25,265 bases of DNA from Thermoproteota archaeon (GTDB lineage: Archaea; Korarchaeota; Korarchaeia; Korarchaeales; Korarchaeaceae): the NCBI GenBank assembly GCA_027491395.1, contig JAOZFI010000044.1:1-25265 (forward strand), read 5' to 3'. A program made the translations under genes and the position numbers. Numbering within the stretch: the first letter of the stretch is position 1; the number at the start of each line of letters is the position of its first letter. Shown here piece by piece: positions 16,531 to 25,265 of this stretch. The notes beneath the pieces were generated by a model that was not told the DNA's origin, did no database searches, and saw only the letters and a list, made by a program, of their open reading frames with translations.

Positions 16531-18705
16531 TCAGGTCCCCCCGCGCGAGACCGCCACTGTCACGTTCACGGGCTCGTACACCCCAGCTTCCAAGTTCTCG
16601 AAGACGACGGTGAAGGTGTAGGTTCCCTCCGGCGCCTCCTCCGAAACCGCGACCCTCAGATCCACCAGGGTTGAAAGGCCAGGTTCGATCAGGCACGTCT
16701 GGGGCCTCGCCTCCACCCTTATGAAGGGGGGCGCTCCCTGGACGCCGGAGAACTGCAGCGTCATGCGGGCGGTTCCTAGGTTGGCGGCCTTCAGTGTGAA
16801 GGTCTTTGACAGCGGATCCTCCTGCTCCTCCGAGACCTTGCTCATGACGAGAAAGGGGACTGCGGAGCCGCTCCTGAATTTCAACCTCATGGCGACGCTG
16901 TTGTTCCTCAGGTCCGCGAGATCGGCTGTCAGGATGAGATCATCGGGCCTGTAGGTCGGCAGGTCTAGCTCAACCCATCTGTCGTAAATGGTCACATTCC
17001 CCCCAGATAGCGGGACCTCCTTCCCGAAGGCCATGTATGTCAGGTTGACCTTCGAGAGTCTAGCCGGCTCGCTGAGGAGGAAGCCCCTGATTCCAACGTC
17101 CTCCAGATCCTGCTCCATTCCCATGAAGATCCCGGGGCCCATCTCCACCATCGGAGTTCTCCTGTCACGTTTGGCGGCCTCGTCGACCATCAGGCTAACT
17201 GTGGAGGAGATCATCGATCGGGTGGCGTAGCGATCCGGCCCCCCCGCGATGTACACGGGATTCTCCGCCAGCCAATCGACCCTAGCCAGCTTTGTCTCCC
17301 TCCTCATCGCATCGGCAACTTCTCCGGGAAGCAGCTTCCTCACCAGCCCGCCCACCCCTTCGTAGGCGTCCGGTCCACCGGCTATCAGGACCGGCGTCTC
17401 TGAGGCCAGCTCCCTCAATCCCTTTAGGGAGCTTGGTGGTCCCTTGATTGAGAACTCGAGCCCCTTCGACCGAAGGCCGTGAAGCAAGGGATCGAGCCCG
17501 ATCCTGTCCACCTCGTTCGCTATCAGAACTACGTCCGGGCTGGGAAGTCTAGCGAGGACGGAGGCCCGGCTCACCATCTCGCCTCCCTGGTGGGAGGCGA
17601 AGGTCACGTTCACCTCCTCTGCGTCGATGCTCAACTCCCCGATCAGGGATCTGTTCCCCCCTCCTACAATCTTGATGCCCTCGCCACCCCAGCTCAGATT
17701 ACCTGCCTCGCTCACCACCCTGTAAAAATCGGTCTTACCTCCCCCTTGGACGGAGATGCTCAGGTTGATGTTGAGCTCGTCTAGGGGACCCCCGAAGGTG
17801 ACCTCGAATCCAAGTTTCCTGGTCTCCAGCCCCCTGCCCATCTCGATCGATTTTATTGCCGCCTTGCTCTCCCCTACCTTCTTCACCTCGGGCTTCGCTC
17901 TGGCGCACGGGTCCCCGGTGTTGTAGACCACTAGCCTGTACCATACTATGGCGCCGAGCTTCTCACCCGACTTGAGATTCACTTTCGTCTCCTCCGAGAC
18001 CCATGTCTTGCCGGGAGGCGGCAGTTCGCCGTCCTTCCACTTCTTACTGGGTCCGAGGTTCCAGTCCCTCTCACTGGAACCCCTGAGGACCTCGTACCTC
18101 TCTGCAGGGAGCCACCCCATCTTCCGTCCCACTCCGACGAGATTAAAGGAGTCCTCGAAGAGCTTCCCGATTACGGATACCAGCCCTTTGATTACCAATA
18201 CCACTCCCTTCGTGAGGAACTTCTTCAGGTAGTCAGACAGCTTGTTATTGACCTTGTCAAGGAAGCCAGGCTCATCGCTTCCCCCAATATCCGAATCTAT
18301 CATCCTGAAATAGAGGTTGAAGGGACGTATGGGCTTGCACTGCTCGCTGGAATAGACCACCGTGTCCTGAACGCCCATCCCGCCCATGAGCTCCAGCGGA
18401 CTCATGGTCCTGTCCTTTTTCGGATCGTACTCGTTGTTCTGGTCAGTGTCATAGTCCTTTGGATCGATCGACCTCTCGCCAAAGGATCTAACGCTCTTTC
18501 CCAGCCCGATCTGCTCCGCGAGGGTGAACAGCCAGAGGTCGGGATCGTTACCCCCCATATCTAGGTCCGCGTTCTCGGCGAGCCACAGCTTCGTCACATG
18601 AATCCTCACTATTATCTTGGTGGGTAACTCGGTCTGAGACTTCGCCGGAGCGGGAACTGGGATGGTGAGGAGAGCGACGAGGAGGATCGAGAGGATCTGC
18701 CTCAT
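16531..18705 (-). CDS. Secreted multidomain protein: C2-like N-terminal domain, CWB2/S-layer-C-like domain, C-terminal Ig-like domain
   Basis: Signal peptide MRQILSILLVALLTIPVPAPA, Asp-rich loops, VVLIANEVD...IAGGPDAYEGVGG...GGPDRYATR, and C-terminal VSEEAPEGTYTFTV. Confidence 0.75.
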   Translation of the reverse strand: MRQILSILLVALLTIPVPAPAKSQTELPTKIIVRIHVTKLWLAENADLDMGGNDPDLWLFTLAEQIGLGKSVRSFGERSIDPKDYDTDQNNEYDPKKDRTMSPLELMGGMGVQDTVVYSSEQCKPIRPFNLYFRMIDSDIGGSDEPGFLDKVNNKLSDYLKKFLTKGVVLVIKGLVSVIGKLFEDSFNLVGVGRKMGWLPAERYEVLRGSSERDWNLGPSKKWKDGELPPPGKTWVSEETKVNLKSGEKLGAIVWYRLVVYNTGDPCARAKPEVKKVGESKAAIKSIEMGRGLETRKLGFEVTFGGPLDELNINLSISVQGGGKTDFYRVVSEAGNLSWGGEGIKIVGGGNRSLIGELSIDAEEVNVTFASHQGGEMVSRASVLARLPSPDVVLIANEVDRIGLDPLLHGLRSKGLEFSIKGPPSSLKGLRELASETPVLIAGGPDAYEGVGGLVRKLLPGEVADAMRRETKLARVDWLAENPVYIAGGPDRYATRSMISSTVSLMVDEAAKRDRRTPMVEMGPGIFMGMEQDLEDVGIRGFLLSEPARLSKVNLTYMAFGKEVPLSGGNVTIYDRWVELDLPTYRPDDLILTADLADLRNNSVAMRLKFRSGSAVPFLVMSKVSEEQEDPLSKTFTLKAANLGTARMTLQFSGVQGAPPFIRVEARPQTCLIEPGLSTLVDLRVAVSEEAPEGTYTFTVVFENLEAGVYEPVNVTVAVSRGGT

Positions 18706-18889
18706 CCCTATCCATTCATCTCCCCGGAGACGATTATAAACTATCCGTTAAAATAACTGAGGAATTAGGATATTACGGCGTGAAACGGCCTTGCGCCGAT
18801 CGGTGCGGGCCAAGGGGAACATCCACAGGGGAATCAGGATTAGCGAAATATCTATATTAACCTTCAGGTTATTTCATACGGAGTTTCAC

Positions 18890-21457
18890 ATGAGCATTAG
18901 GTACCTCGTTCCCCTGATGATCCTCTTCCTCCTAATCCCCGCGTTTCCCGTTGCCTCCTTGCCCCCCACGATAACGTACACCCCACCTCCGTGGTACATA
19001 ATCGCGTCCATTATGAAGAGCCTGCCTGCCAGCGCGGATGCCACTCTCAACAGCTTCATCCCTCTCAATAACTTCGGCAGCGAACCGGAGCTCAGTGTCG
19101 GGAGGAGGAAGATCTCCACCAATGTGGTGACCTACACCATAAATTGGGATTCTGTGGTTAATTTCGACGTTTACAGTCTCATCCCCCCGGGCTCTGAGGT
19201 GCAGGCAGCCACGCTCACTCTCACGGTGAAGCAACCCCCTGATACCGGGGTAGATGTCCAAGTCTATCCCCTCACCAAGAGCTTCTCCGAGTCGACCGTG
19301 ACCTGGTCGAGTCATGCCAACAGCTACGGCCCCCTGATAACCACGAAACACATCAGTTTCGACGCTCACGACGGGACCAAGACCAATTTCGACGTGACCA
19401 CATACGTTAAAGGGAAGATAGGGACGGGCAGCCCAATTCACGGATTCCTGCTGAAAGTACCCTCCAACACGGACGATGGCGTCTCGTTCTACTCCAGGGA
19501 GGGAGCCCCATACGACAGCTGGAAGCCGACCCTCGTGATCACCTACAAGGGACCGTACATCGATTTGGTGGCCAGCCAGACATCCCTGAATCTGAAGCAG
19601 GGAGATAAGGCCTACGTCCAGCTCGCCATAGGAGGGACCTTCCTAGGCGACGCGGAGCTGTCCCACAAGTGGGTGGGACCGACCCCCGGCGGGATCACTC
19701 TCACGTACAGCAAGACCTCCGGCAAGGTCCCCTTCGCCTCCACCCTCGAGATAGACGCGTCCGACTCCACCGCCCCCGGCGAGTACAAGCTGGAGGTCAA
19801 GGCGAAGAACAAGGAGGGCAACTACAACATTTACGACAAGGTCAACATCACGATCCAGGTGACCAGCACTCAGGAACCTGATTTTTCGCTTTCAGTATCT
19901 CCTCAGTCAGTCACCGTGACGCAGGGACAGGTGGCCGAGTACTCGGTAGCTGTAACTCCGGTTGCTGTCTTCTCGGGGACGGTGCAATTCACAGCATCCG
20001 GCATACCCCCCGGATCCACCTACCAGTTCGTCTCCTCCGAGTCCACCATCTACCTACGGATCACCACCTCAGCATCGACGCCGCCGGGTGACTACACGAT
20101 AACTGTGACCGCCGAGGGAGGCGGCAAGACTCACACGGCCACCGTATCCCTTACGGTAACCCCAGCGTCCACCTCATCATCTACTGCAGCTACCACTACC
20201 ACGACTACGACCACGCAGGGCTTCTCCATACGAGTGGACCCATCCGCGGTGACCCTGCCGAGGGGAGGCGCGGCCTACCTCACGGTGAGGGTCCAAGGGA
20301 TCGGCGGATTCTCCAGCCCGGTAACCCTCTCGGCCTCAGGACTGCCCCAAGGGGTGACCATCTCCTCCAACGTGAACAACGCTCCGCCGGACTTCACCGC
20401 AAACCTCACCCTCGTCGCCACCAACAGCGCCCCCATGGGTACACATCAGTTCACCCTGATGGCATCGGGCGGTGGCATCACCAGAACATCGACCGTGACC
20501 CTGACCGTCACGGGACAGAACCAAACCCAATCCCAGACCCAGGCCCGGACTCAAACCGGAACGCAAACGGGTACAGGAACGGCCGCTCAGGGATTCGACT
20601 TCTCCATCTCTGTGACGCCTACCACGCTGGTGCTCAACCCCTCCTCCACGGGATCGGTGGCCGTGACAGTCAGGAGGATCAGGGGAAGTGGCACGGTCAT
20701 GCTTTCAGCCTCGGGCCTCCCGCCGGATGTCAGGGTGACCTTCAGTCCGCCTGCCCTTCAGGAGGGCACCTCCTCCCTCGTCATACAGGCTGGGCAGACT
20801 ACCGGCACATTCACTGTCGTGGTGACCGGGATCTCAGGCAGATTGAAGAGGTCCGCGACCTTCCAGCTCCAGGTGAGGGCAGAGGAGTCGAGGTGCATCA
20901 TAGCCACGGCCGCCTTCGGCTCCGAGCTGGCACCTGAGGTGAGCTACCTGAGGGAGTTCAGGGATGGGACGGTGATGGCCACCTACTCCGGTTCCAGGTT
21001 CCTGACGGTGTTCAACGCCTTCTACTACTCCTGGAGCCCGGGTTTGGCCACGGTGATAAGGGGGAGCCCCGTGCTCGCGTCCGTTACTAGAGCCATCATA
21101 ACTCCCCTAATCTACTCCCTGAAAGTAGGCAGTACCATCTACAGCTTCCTCCCGAGGGGAGATCTGTCCATGATCGTAATAGGATCGCTGGTCAGCCTGA
21201 TCTTAGGCTTGGTTTACCTGTGGCCCCTCTCTCTACTGTCCCTGAAGTTCCGGCGCCTCTCCGACCCCAGGCATCTGAAGGTCGTTTCCGTAGTAGCTGC
21301 AGGCTCCGCCATCCTGCTTGGATTTAGTGCGGTGGCGTTGATCGATCCCTTGGCCATGGTCTTCGCTTCGACCTTGGTTCTGAGCTGCCTATTGATACCT
21401 CCGCTGGCTCTTTCACGTCTAATGGCTTCGAGGGCCACGTCCTCCCCCTCCCACTAG
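18890..21457 (+). CDS. Cell-surface protein: DNRLRE/CBM96-like domain, about four Ig-like repeats, CFI-box-CTERM and C-terminal TM helices
   Basis: Signal peptide from ATG 18890, ADATLNS...NFG...FD...ATLTL...VTWSS...FYSREG...PTLVI, repeats of FSLSVSP...SGLP.G...PGxYTITV, and RCIIATAAFGSELAPEVSYLREFRD. Confidence 0.85.
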   Translation: MSIRYLVPLMILFLLIPAFPVASLPPTITYTPPPWYIIASIMKSLPASADATLNSFIPLNNFGSEPELSVGRRKISTNVVTYTINWDSVVNFDVYSLIPPGSEVQAATLTLTVKQPPDTGVDVQVYPLTKSFSESTVTWSSHANSYGPLITTKHISFDAHDGTKTNFDVTTYVKGKIGTGSPIHGFLLKVPSNTDDGVSFYSREGAPYDSWKPTLVITYKGPYIDLVASQTSLNLKQGDKAYVQLAIGGTFLGDAELSHKWVGPTPGGITLTYSKTSGKVPFASTLEIDASDSTAPGEYKLEVKAKNKEGNYNIYDKVNITIQVTSTQEPDFSLSVSPQSVTVTQGQVAEYSVAVTPVAVFSGTVQFTASGIPPGSTYQFVSSESTIYLRITTSASTPPGDYTITVTAEGGGKTHTATVSLTVTPASTSSSTAATTTTTTTTQGFSIRVDPSAVTLPRGGAAYLTVRVQGIGGFSSPVTLSASGLPQGVTISSNVNNAPPDFTANLTLVATNSAPMGTHQFTLMASGGGITRTSTVTLTVTGQNQTQSQTQARTQTGTQTGTGTAAQGFDFSISVTPTTLVLNPSSTGSVAVTVRRIRGSGTVMLSASGLPPDVRVTFSPPALQEGTSSLVIQAGQTTGTFTVVVTGISGRLKRSATFQLQVRAEESRCIIATAAFGSELAPEVSYLREFRDGTVMATYSGSRFLTVFNAFYYSWSPGLATVIRGSPVLASVTRAIITPLIYSLKVGSTIYSFLPRGDLSMIVIGSLVSLILGLVYLWPLSLLSLKFRRLSDPRHLKVVSVVAAGSAILLGFSAVALIDPLAMVFASTLVLSCLLIPPLALSRLMASRATSSPSH

Positions 21458-21619
21458 TTTTTATCGCGTTTCAAAGGGTGCTTGCTCGCTCTACACACTT
21501 GAACGCACATCTTACGGGAAAATATAGTGAGGGACACCGTAAATCGGGGCGAGGAAGGAAGAAGGTGCCGGTAGATGTGATAGGGAGGAGAGTGAGCGTT
21601 GTTGGGGAGAGGAATCTCA

Positions 21620-23338
21620 TCACCCTCCTCTGATCCTGAGCGAATCGCCCGTGGGGCACCTAGGAAGCGGCGAGAGGACGTTCTTGACCTCCGAGACCAC
21701 GCCCTCTAGGTAGGAGAGCGTCGCCTCCCTAGTCCCGTACCTATCTTCCCCCCATAACCACATCACGAGCCTGCCCGGTCCCAGCCTCCCCTCCCACTCA
21801 TCAAGCCTCGAGGTCACGGGCTCCATCAGGGGGCCGGTGACAGGGCTCCTCCTACCCCCGAGGATTATGAGGACCTTGCTATCGAGGAGCGCCTCCCTCA
21901 ACCCCCGGAAGGATAGAGGAGCTCTGGAAACCTGAATACCTTCCTCCCTGAGCCTCTTCTCTAGGAGGAGGCCGCTCATCCTCCAGTCTATATCATTGGC
22001 CACCACGACCACTTCCCTCCTCGCCTCCCTCCAAGACCACGACTTCACGCTCTCCGTCCGGGACAGCTCCTTAACGCGGAGAGAGCATTTCCCAAGGGAT
22101 GAGAGGGTCTCCAGCGCTCCCTCAACTAGGTCCGACCACAAGCTCACCTCCAGCCTCTCACCGGGGCACGAGAGTACGCCCGACCTAGTGGGCAGTCTCA
22201 GGAAGACGCCTCCCCAAGGAGCGTTCCTCCCGACCACGTCGAGCCTCCTGACCCTCCCCTCCCTCAGATCGTAAACCTCCATCCCCCTCAGCTCGCCCGG
22301 GACCTCTATGGGGACCTGACCGGCCGCGACCACCCCCAAGTCGTAGACCGCGAGGGCCCAGTGGCTCGAGTTGATCCTGTACTGGAAGCATCCCAGCCAG
22401 TAGGCATTAGGCGTGCCGTCACTCAACGCCTCCCCTTCAAGCTCTGAAGGTGCTTGAGCGATCCCGTCATGCCCGAAGGTCATTGCTCCGGCGAAGGCGT
22501 AGAAGGATGCGTCCTCATCGTTAGGCAGCGCGTAGCTCACGTGCGTGAACCCCAGCCTGAAGTTAATCCTTCTGGCCTCCTCGTACACGGACTCCACGAG
22601 CTCGGGGACGTAGGTAGCTGGGCTCTCCCAGTTCCCAGCCTCCCATGGGAAGAAGACCGTCGTCCCGTTCCTGACATCGGTGAAGTAGGACTCGCTGATG
22701 TCCCAGTCCACGGAGGCCATGACCCGAGGTCCGCACCTGTATGCTTGGTTGGAGACTATGAAAACCCTCAGGCCCCTCCTCTCTCCCTCCTCCCTGAGCT
22801 CACCTATGAAGGAGAGCAGGGCCTCCTGAAGGCTCTCGCCGGGGTGCCTCCTTTGGAACTCCTCCACGTAGCCTGGAGCCTCCTCCTCAGCTATATCGGG
22901 ATCGCAGGCCACGGGGAACCAGTCGAAGAAGACCCCCTCGTACCCGTACCTCACCATCCTTTCGACCAGCTCCTTGGCCCTAAGCGCCCTTACCTCCTCG
23001 CTACCGTAGTCGTAGGCCAGGGCAGGACCGTATGGACCATCGAACTCCACGAGGAAGAGGGACTCGTTCCAATCCCCGGTTTCCCACTCGTATCTGGCGA
23101 AGAGCCAGTCGTAGAGGATGGGTTTTACGCCAGAGCGCTTCAGCTCCCTGATAACATCCTCGATCGGTTCCACCTCAACGATCTCGGAGATGACGGCCAC
23201 TCTCATTCTGGTCGGGGCTGGTTGACCCATGAGGTAGAGGCGTACCCTGCCGTTGGGCTCGGGGCGCGGGACCGCCATACCGACAGGTCCCGAGAGGATC
23301 AGGATCAGTAAGAGCAGGGGAACTCTCGCTTGCAACAA
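21620..23338 (-). CDS. Secreted glycoside-hydrolase-like TIM-barrel protein (GH114/GH166-like) with C-terminal CWB2/S-layer-C-like domain
   Basis: Signal peptide, YGYEGVFFDW, IVSNQAY and DWDISESYF, then C-terminal VVVVANDID...IILGGRRSPVTG...WGEDRYGTR. Confidence 0.65.
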   Translation of the reverse strand: MLQARVPLLLLILILSGPVGMAVPRPEPNGRVRLYLMGQPAPTRMRVAVISEIVEVEPIEDVIRELKRSGVKPILYDWLFARYEWETGDWNESLFLVEFDGPYGPALAYDYGSEEVRALRAKELVERMVRYGYEGVFFDWFPVACDPDIAEEEAPGYVEEFQRRHPGESLQEALLSFIGELREEGERRGLRVFIVSNQAYRCGPRVMASVDWDISESYFTDVRNGTTVFFPWEAGNWESPATYVPELVESVYEEARRINFRLGFTHVSYALPNDEDASFYAFAGAMTFGHDGIAQAPSELEGEALSDGTPNAYWLGCFQYRINSSHWALAVYDLGVVAAGQVPIEVPGELRGMEVYDLREGRVRRLDVVGRNAPWGGVFLRLPTRSGVLSCPGERLEVSLWSDLVEGALETLSSLGKCSLRVKELSRTESVKSWSWREARREVVVVANDIDWRMSGLLLEKRLREEGIQVSRAPLSFRGLREALLDSKVLIILGGRRSPVTGPLMEPVTSRLDEWEGRLGPGRLVMWLWGEDRYGTREATLSYLEGVVSEVKNVLSPLPRCPTGDSLRIRGG

Positions 23339-23507
23339 GGTGGTTTACCTCCTATGTCGGTCTCATCCGCTCTCACTGAGGGAAAAACCTTTCGCGTCGA
23401 TGCGCTTGGCCAGTCACGGGAACAGGTATGGGACGCCTCGGTTTCCGATCGCGCGGGCCGATCGGATGAGGTGTACCCTGTGCGGGTAGTTCAGTCGGTC
23501 GCGCACC

Positions 23508-23885
23508 TCAGTCGCCAACTCTGGCTGAGGTCACCGTAACCACGCCCATCTCCCTGCATACCACGGCCCTCTTCACACCTCCCGACTCCACCACGTACAC
23601 ACCGCTCCCGCCCACCTCACACACCTCGTCGCTGCCCGCAGGCACCTCAGGAAACTCGCAGATGAGATTACCTCTCGCATCCATGACCCTCACCCCATCG
23701 AGACGGACATTAGCGTGGATTATCACGGTGTCGTACTCGCAGTAGGCGTGGAAGTCGGATCTCAACGCGTTCGGGGGGTGTGAGAGGACGGATGTGACGT
23801 AGAAGTGGGCTGCCAGCAAAGCGATTATCAGGGCGGCGACACCAAGCAGGACGATTCCCGCACCTCCCCATCTACCCGGCTCCAT
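23508..23885 (-). CDS. Small membrane-anchored hypothetical protein with four Cys
   Basis: ATG 23885 follows a GAGGGAGG RBS. N-terminal TM helix, then a beta-rich domain of about 90 aa. Confidence 0.7.
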   Translation of the reverse strand: MEPGRWGGAGIVLLGVAALIIALLAAHFYVTSVLSHPPNALRSDFHAYCEYDTVIIHANVRLDGVRVMDARGNLICEFPEVPAGSDEVCEVGGSGVYVVESGGVKRAVVCREMGVVTVTSARVGD

Positions 23886-24270
23886 GAACCTCCCTCGATA
23901 ATAGCCGTTGGATCCGCCATTTAAGGATCCGGCTCCGAGCAGAGCGCGATCACCTCTGGTGTAAAATACGAGGAAGTTCCAACCAATTGGAGCCGCAATT
24001 TCCATCAGAACCGTTAATACAAACTTTTCCCTTTCCCCTTATGCCAAACGCCCCTGTTACTTCACTTGTTCTCGCGCGGATTCAAGTATACCAAATGAGG
24101 AACACCAAGGAGAATGGATGCGAGAAGGGTGAGGATGGAGGTCCAAACTTTGGTCGAACCTCCCTCGAGGCTGAGCGTCGGAGTATTTGTAATGGGTGAT
24201 CCATGAAAGCAGTTAACGCCCGTGGTTCCAGCTACCGAGTCATCCTCCAATAGACCCATCCAAGTCACGC

Positions 24271-24278
24271 TTATATAT
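24271..24278 (+). promoter_or_regulatory. TATA box candidate for hisG
   Basis: TTATATAT about 36 nt upstream of the in-frame GTG at 24315. Confidence 0.55.
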
Positions 24279-24314
24279 TGGAAGGGAGGGATCGTCGTGG
24301 TGATCTCATGACCG

Positions 24315-25265
24315 GTGATCTCGTTCACCGTTAGGATGGCCATTCCCAAGGGCTCTCTAGAGGAGGACACCTTTTCCTTCATCAGGCAATCTGGAATAAA
24401 TATATACGGGGCCTCGAGATCTTACAGGCCTAAGGTCGATTACCCCGGCCTCAGCGTGAAGATACTCAGGCCGCAAGAGATACCGGTCCTAGTTCAGGAG
24501 GGGACCTACGACTTGGGGATAGCTGGAAGGGACTGGGTCAGGGAGAACAGGGCCGATGTCAGGGAGTTGCTTGACTTGAATTACGGGAAAGTGAGACTCG
24601 TCCTAGCAGCACCGGTAAACTCTGAAATAAGCTCCCTAGACGACTTGGTAGATCTCTCAATGGAGAGACCGGTGAGGATCTCCACCGAGTACCTCAATTT
24701 GGCGTCGGAATGGGTATCCAGCAGGCCAAGCTACAGGGAGGTCTACGACCGACCCCCAACTGTAATAACACCGTGGTACAGGGTGGAGGGGAACGAGAGG
24801 TTCAGGCTCATCCTCTCCTTCGGGGCAACCGAGGCGAAGCCGCCGGAGGATGCCGACGCGATAATAGATAACACAGCCACCGGGACTACCCTAGCTCAGA
24901 ACGGTTTGAGGGTCGTTGAGGAGGTATGCGAGAGCAGCGCGGTGCTAATAGCGAACAAGGATTCTCTTAGGGACGAGGACAAGCTTGAGAGGATAAAGGA
25001 CATCTACGCCCTCTTCAGAGGGGTCGTGTACGCGAGGAGGAGGGTTCACATATTCCTCAACGTGAGGGAGGATAATCTCGAGGAACTGATCTCCATACTC
25101 CCTGCCTTGAAGGGTCCGACCATATCCAGGCTCTCCGAGGAAGGGTGGTTCGCGGTCAACACGGTCTTGGAGAGGGGAAAACTGCTGGAGCTACTCCCTA
25201 GGCTTAGAAGACTTGCCCAGGGACTTGTGGTGACCGATCCAAGGCAGGTCCTCCTGCTGGAGGAT
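24315..25265 (+). CDS. hisG: ATP phosphoribosyltransferase, long form (truncated by the window end; absent from the ORF track)
   Basis: Manual translation gives RMAIPKGSLEE, LRPQEIP, YDLGIAGRDWVRE, RISTEY, SFGATEAKPPEDADAIIDNTATGTTLAQNGL and LPALKGPTIS. Start is GTG 24315 or ATG 24336. Confidence 0.95.
   Translation, partial: MISFTVRMAIPKGSLEEDTFSFIRQSGINIYGASRSYRPKVDYPGLSVKILRPQEIPVLVQEGTYDLGIAGRDWVRENRADVRELLDLNYGKVRLVLAAPVNSEISSLDDLVDLSMERPVRISTEYLNLASEWVSSRPSYREVYDRPPTVITPWYRVEGNERFRLILSFGATEAKPPEDADAIIDNTATGTTLAQNGLRVVEEVCESSAVLIANKDSLRDEDKLERIKDIYALFRGVVYARRRVHIFLNVREDNLEELISILPALKGPTISRLSEEGWFAVNTVLERGKLLELLPRLRRLAQGLVVTDPRQVLLLED

Noticed and set aside
23508-23885. Possible archaeal pilin
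   Set aside because: The N-terminus (MEPGRWGGAG) does not fit the class III signal-peptide consensus well, and no pilus genes are adjacent.
24062-24382. 106-aa minus-strand ORF
   Set aside because: Overlaps the hisG promoter and 5' end, with no family features.
1-25265. Intact CRISPR array, cas10/cas6, CD-NTase, integrase/transposase, rRNA or tRNA
   Set aside because: None recognisable in the window, so the signal source for the CARF/SAVED genes must lie elsewhere or be lost.

Overview
Archaeal genomic window. The TATA-like boxes, GGTGA/GGAGG ribosome-binding sites, AGG-rich codon use and gene content suggest a thermophilic TACK lineage such as Korarchaeota (inference). The left ~11.7 kb is a dispersed cyclic-oligoadenylate (cOA) defence neighbourhood with no cas10, cas6 or intact array in view. 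It contains a decayed amidohydrolase pseudogene, a DUF433/PIN toxin-antitoxin pair bracketed by CRISPR-repeat-like sequences, a Crn1/Csx14-like CARF-wHTH gene, and a two-gene operon of a half-SAVED protein plus a frameshifted Csx1-like CARF-HEPN RNase. A trehalose cluster (treT, ROK kinase, fused TPS/TPP) sits between these defence genes. The right part holds an aldo/keto reductase and a group of secreted or surface proteins: a GH99-like protein with a degenerate catalytic motif, a C2-like/CWB2-like protein, a DNRLRE + CFI-box-CTERM protein and a GH114-like protein. hisG runs off the right end. All family calls come from motif recognition by eye; no database searches were run.
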